This document shows positions 35,816-38,708 of a stretch of 38,708 nt of DNA, piece by piece. Under the pieces are notes generated by a model. It saw only the letters and a list, made by a program, of their open reading frames with translations, was not told the origin of the DNA and did no database searches. Source of the stretch: a virus. Lineage: Duplodnaviria; Caudoviricetes. Every line of letters starts with the position of its first letter. Within the stretch, counting starts at the first letter, position 1. The stretch is from positions 1-38,708 of IMG/VR virus record IMGVR_UViG_3300023095_000006, one strand, 5' to 3'. A program made the position numbers and the translations under genes.

Positions 35816-35880
35816 AAAACCCCTTTTTAGGGGGTAATTATAACATACTTAGGATTTAAAAATCACCCGTAAAGATTACC

Positions 35881-38064
35881 TCAAATACTCAAATTCCCAA
35901 AAATTTGCACCGCATGAATAGCACCGCTTAGAGTAGCTTGGAAGCGCACATTTCTTAAAATTCTGTTAGCTTTATCAGCCGGCGGAACGTCCTCAGCTAG
36001 AGGAACAGTCACAGTAGGTGCAGGATCATCAGAGATAAATTGATTAGAAATACCCAACTCTAGAGCGCGTAAAACTTGAGCTTGAATAACCGCTATACCT
36101 GCATTTGTATAAGGAATTTTTGGAACATTTACAAGAGTGCTAAAGACAAACTCTTGAATTCGAGCAGTCAGCCAGTCAATTCCCCTGACGATATCAATGT
36201 ATTCGCCTTGTGCCACAGTGCCATTTTCAGTGATCCCAACTCCAGCTACGAATTCATAAACATTTGCACGCTTTGCAAGAGCATTATTGCTTTGCGTAGT
36301 TGTCAAATTGCTGTAAGAGATTGTATTTAGAGTTTTAAATTTCCATGTTTCTGAACCCGGTTCTAACGGCAATACTCTTCCAAACCAGGCAGCTTCTGGA
36401 TAGTCAAAGTCAGCATCTTGGTGATACATCACAAAGGTTCTAACATAGCCCGCTTGATTAAGTTGCGCTGCAATGCTTGTGGTGTCTGTGCCGGCAGGGG
36501 AGTTAATAATAACTGGATCGCTGGAAGCTGTTCCGAATAATTTAATCCTTGTCTCTACCCAGTCCGCAATAGCTTTTACAGTTGCTTGCGTTCTTTCTGT
36601 AGCAATTAGAGCATACCAAGTATTGTTTGCATTATTGATGCTAGTCAAGTCGTCGCCCACTGCATTCACAGCAACAAGCGGAAGCTGAATTAAACCGATT
36701 TGGGTTTCCATAACATCAGGTGTTACACTTAAAGAGAATGTGGAAATAATTCCGCCTGACTCTATATTTAAGACGCCTTGCCCGACATTCTCCGCTGTCA
36801 CGTCAACCATCTGAGGAGCTCTATTAATTTCAGCCACAAGACCGTTAACAATCTCTTCAGAGCTTTGAACTAGATTGCTTGAAATATAAGTATAAGGAAT
36901 TCCGTTCAGAGTGACTGTGTAAGCCTGATTCGGCGTAACCTGCGTAATACGCACGCGTGCATTATTAGGATTACGAATCGTTGTTGATGTTCTCAGGCTG
37001 TAAGCTACGCCGGGAAAGCGATTCGTAATATTTACAATGCCGTTGCCTGTTGTTGCAGCTGCAATAGGAAATGTTGGATCAGTCGTAGGAACGTTATTAA
37101 TAGCTGTAACAATTTGAGTTGCAACTTGAGCCGCTGTTAATGGCTGCTGGGGCTGCGTTATTGTTGCTGTTGGCTGACTTGCTCCGCCTGTGACAGTGAA
37201 ATTATTGACTGTTGCTGTAGTATTTGGAGGCCCTATGACAGTTAGAACTCTGTCATTTAGTCCTGAAAGGAATGCTGATTGAACCCCAGCTACTCCGGCA
37301 ATAGCTGCTCTAATGAGTTCCATTGTGTTTTCATGACTAGTCGTAAAGACGAATCCGCCTTCATCAATTGTCGCAATCACAGGATTTCCACCAACGGTGT
37401 AAACTGTATTTACTGAATGATTTCCCGGTGCTCCAAAATTTACAGTAATTTGATTGGGCCCTGTAATTGTTGCCGTTCCGCCTGCGCTAGCTGTTTCTAT
37501 TTCAGCTCTAACAAGTTCTAAAGTAGCAGCATTGCTCGTAGTATAGTTGATCGGAGTTAGATCAAACGCGTCAACGCGGGGCGTAATCACATTGCCGGGG
37601 TTAAAATCATTATCGAAATTGATGATTGACGTTGTCGTGCCGACATTTGTTCCATTCACTGAAACCGCAATTCTATTTTGCGGAACAAGATCAGCGTTTA
37701 GCTCAACAACTGAAAAAGTGGCACTTGATGTCACAGGAATAGAGATTTCATTGCCATTGACAGTAAAAATGTAATCTTCGCCAGGCATTGGCGTTTCTAC
37801 TAGAATATTGACATCATTAACTAGCCTGCGTCCGATAGCGATTTGCGCGGGCGAGATAACTTGAGAGAAAATGTCTTGCGCAGCGACGTATTCAGGATCA
37901 GTAGGAGCAAAATCAACAGCAACCTCATCCATTCCTGAATAGAATCTAATTAAATCAGTGAAACGAACGTTCGTTCCTAAAATCATCGGAATGCCAAAAC
38001 CAGCCTCTGAAACTGTTTGAGTCTGTCGAGTTATAACTACGTTGACAATATCATTTAAAGGCAT
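35881..38064 (-). CDS. Tail sheath protein (DUF3383) enlarged by ~375 aa of inserted domains
   Basis: LNDIVNVVI..AGFG, TWKFKTL, GEYIDIVRGIDWL, KIPYTNAGI and LSGAIH motifs; likely start ATG 38064. Confidence 0.92.
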   Translation of the reverse strand: MPLNDIVNVVITRQTQTVSEAGFGIPMILGTNVRFTDLIRFYSGMDEVAVDFAPTDPEYVAAQDIFSQVISPAQIAIGRRLVNDVNILVETPMPGEDYIFTVNGNEISIPVTSSATFSVVELNADLVPQNRIAVSVNGTNVGTTTSIINFDNDFNPGNVITPRVDAFDLTPINYTTSNAATLELVRAEIETASAGGTATITGPNQITVNFGAPGNHSVNTVYTVGGNPVIATIDEGGFVFTTSHENTMELIRAAIAGVAGVQSAFLSGLNDRVLTVIGPPNTTATVNNFTVTGGASQPTATITQPQQPLTAAQVATQIVTAINNVPTTDPTFPIAAATTGNGIVNITNRFPGVAYSLRTSTTIRNPNNARVRITQVTPNQAYTVTLNGIPYTYISSNLVQSSEEIVNGLVAEINRAPQMVDVTAENVGQGVLNIESGGIISTFSLSVTPDVMETQIGLIQLPLVAVNAVGDDLTSINNANNTWYALIATERTQATVKAIADWVETRIKLFGTASSDPVIINSPAGTDTTSIAAQLNQAGYVRTFVMYHQDADFDYPEAAWFGRVLPLEPGSETWKFKTLNTISYSNLTTTQSNNALAKRANVYEFVAGVGITENGTVAQGEYIDIVRGIDWLTARIQEFVFSTLVNVPKIPYTNAGIAVIQAQVLRALELGISNQFISDDPAPTVTVPLAEDVPPADKANRILRNVRFQATLSGAIHAVQIFGNLSI

Positions 38065-38074
38065 AATCAAGCTC

Positions 38075-38611
38075 CTAAGGAGTAGGAATTAAAAAAGTTT
38101 CATTATAAATTACTGTAGCCACTTGATCAATAAATTCTTCAGTTAATTCTATGTGATCAAAGAAGCCGGGACTATCAGCGTATACTTGGCCTATGCCAAA
38201 TAATACGTCTAAATGCGCTCTACGCTCATATTGAGAGTCGACAAGCTCTGTAATATCGTTGATTGTCAATGATGAGTAGAACGCTATTCCGTTGGCTCGT
38301 AGAGTATCTAATACAGACTGCTTTTGCAATGATGTTCTAATATTTTCCATTAGTTCCATCGGATCTGCGCCGTAAGCTTGAATCTCTAGCGTAAATTGAC
38401 GGTCGCCTTTCATTGCTATGGCGCCGTTCACATCTGTAACGCCAGATGACCAATCCTGATTGACTGCTGTAATCTGAGAAATAAAAAGCGTAATGTAGGG
38501 AACTTTAGGACGGGGACTATTTAGCTGCCAATAAATGACGGGCATGCCGGAAGGAGCTACACTCACAACCCAATTATAAAGAGCCAGTCTAAGAGTTGCA
38601 AAATTAATCAT
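38075..38611 (-). CDS. Tail terminator / neck protein
   Basis: NSPRPKVPYI..G.R..TLEIQAYG..YERRA.LD motif upstream of the sheath. Confidence 0.8.
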   Translation of the reverse strand: MINFATLRLALYNWVVSVAPSGMPVIYWQLNSPRPKVPYITLFISQITAVNQDWSSGVTDVNGAIAMKGDRQFTLEIQAYGADPMELMENIRTSLQKQSVLDTLRANGIAFYSSLTINDITELVDSQYERRAHLDVLFGIGQVYADSPGFFDHIELTEEFIDQVATVIYNETFLIPTP

Positions 38612-38708
38612 TAGGGTATTGCTTCCAATGCCTGAGCGTAAAATTTATAATGATTAACAATGCCGAACACCGGCGGATTATTCTGCCAAATTTGGACTTG
38701 AACGATTT
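38611..38708 (-). CDS. C-terminal fragment of head-closure protein (5' truncated)
   Basis: IVQVQIWQNNPPVFGIVNHYKFYAQALEAIP-stop; TAATG overlap with the next gene. Confidence 0.6.
   Translation of the reverse strand, partial: IVQVQIWQNNPPVFGIVNHYKFYAQALEAIP

Noticed and set aside
21476-38708. Stand-alone contractile injection system or tailocin
   Set aside because: Head, packaging and replication genes are on the same contig.
1-38708. Stop-codon reassignment or tRNA genes
   Set aside because: Core genes are full length under the standard code and use TAA, TAG and TGA as stops; no cloverleaf was recognised.

Overview
The window is nearly the whole, circularly permuted genome of a contractile-tailed (myovirus-type) dsDNA phage. 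Both ends fall inside the head-tail joining module, so probably only 1-2 kb of neck genes are missing. The minus strand carries the packaging and head genes (1-8391), a lambda-like replication/regulatory arm (8462-16759) and the tail, baseplate and fibre module (21476-38708). The plus strand carries an AT-rich early arm (16920-21482) with exported and acidic small proteins, a PD-(D/E)xK nuclease and an ERF recombinase. I see no integrase, CI-type repressor or recognisable endolysin. Highlights: (1) one ~90-aa domain recurs five times across the capsid decoration protein, tail sheath and baseplate J, nested Russian-doll style inside copies of itself and a related domain; (2) a truncated, motif-degenerate DnaB and a Cys-rich lipoprotein look chlamydial from recall, suggesting a tailed phage of environmental Chlamydiae; (3) two tandem HNH-derived/RHH fusion genes lie next to cro; (4) two candidate small RNAs share an identical promoter, one antisense to the replication-initiator leader. 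Family names come from motif recognition, not database searches.
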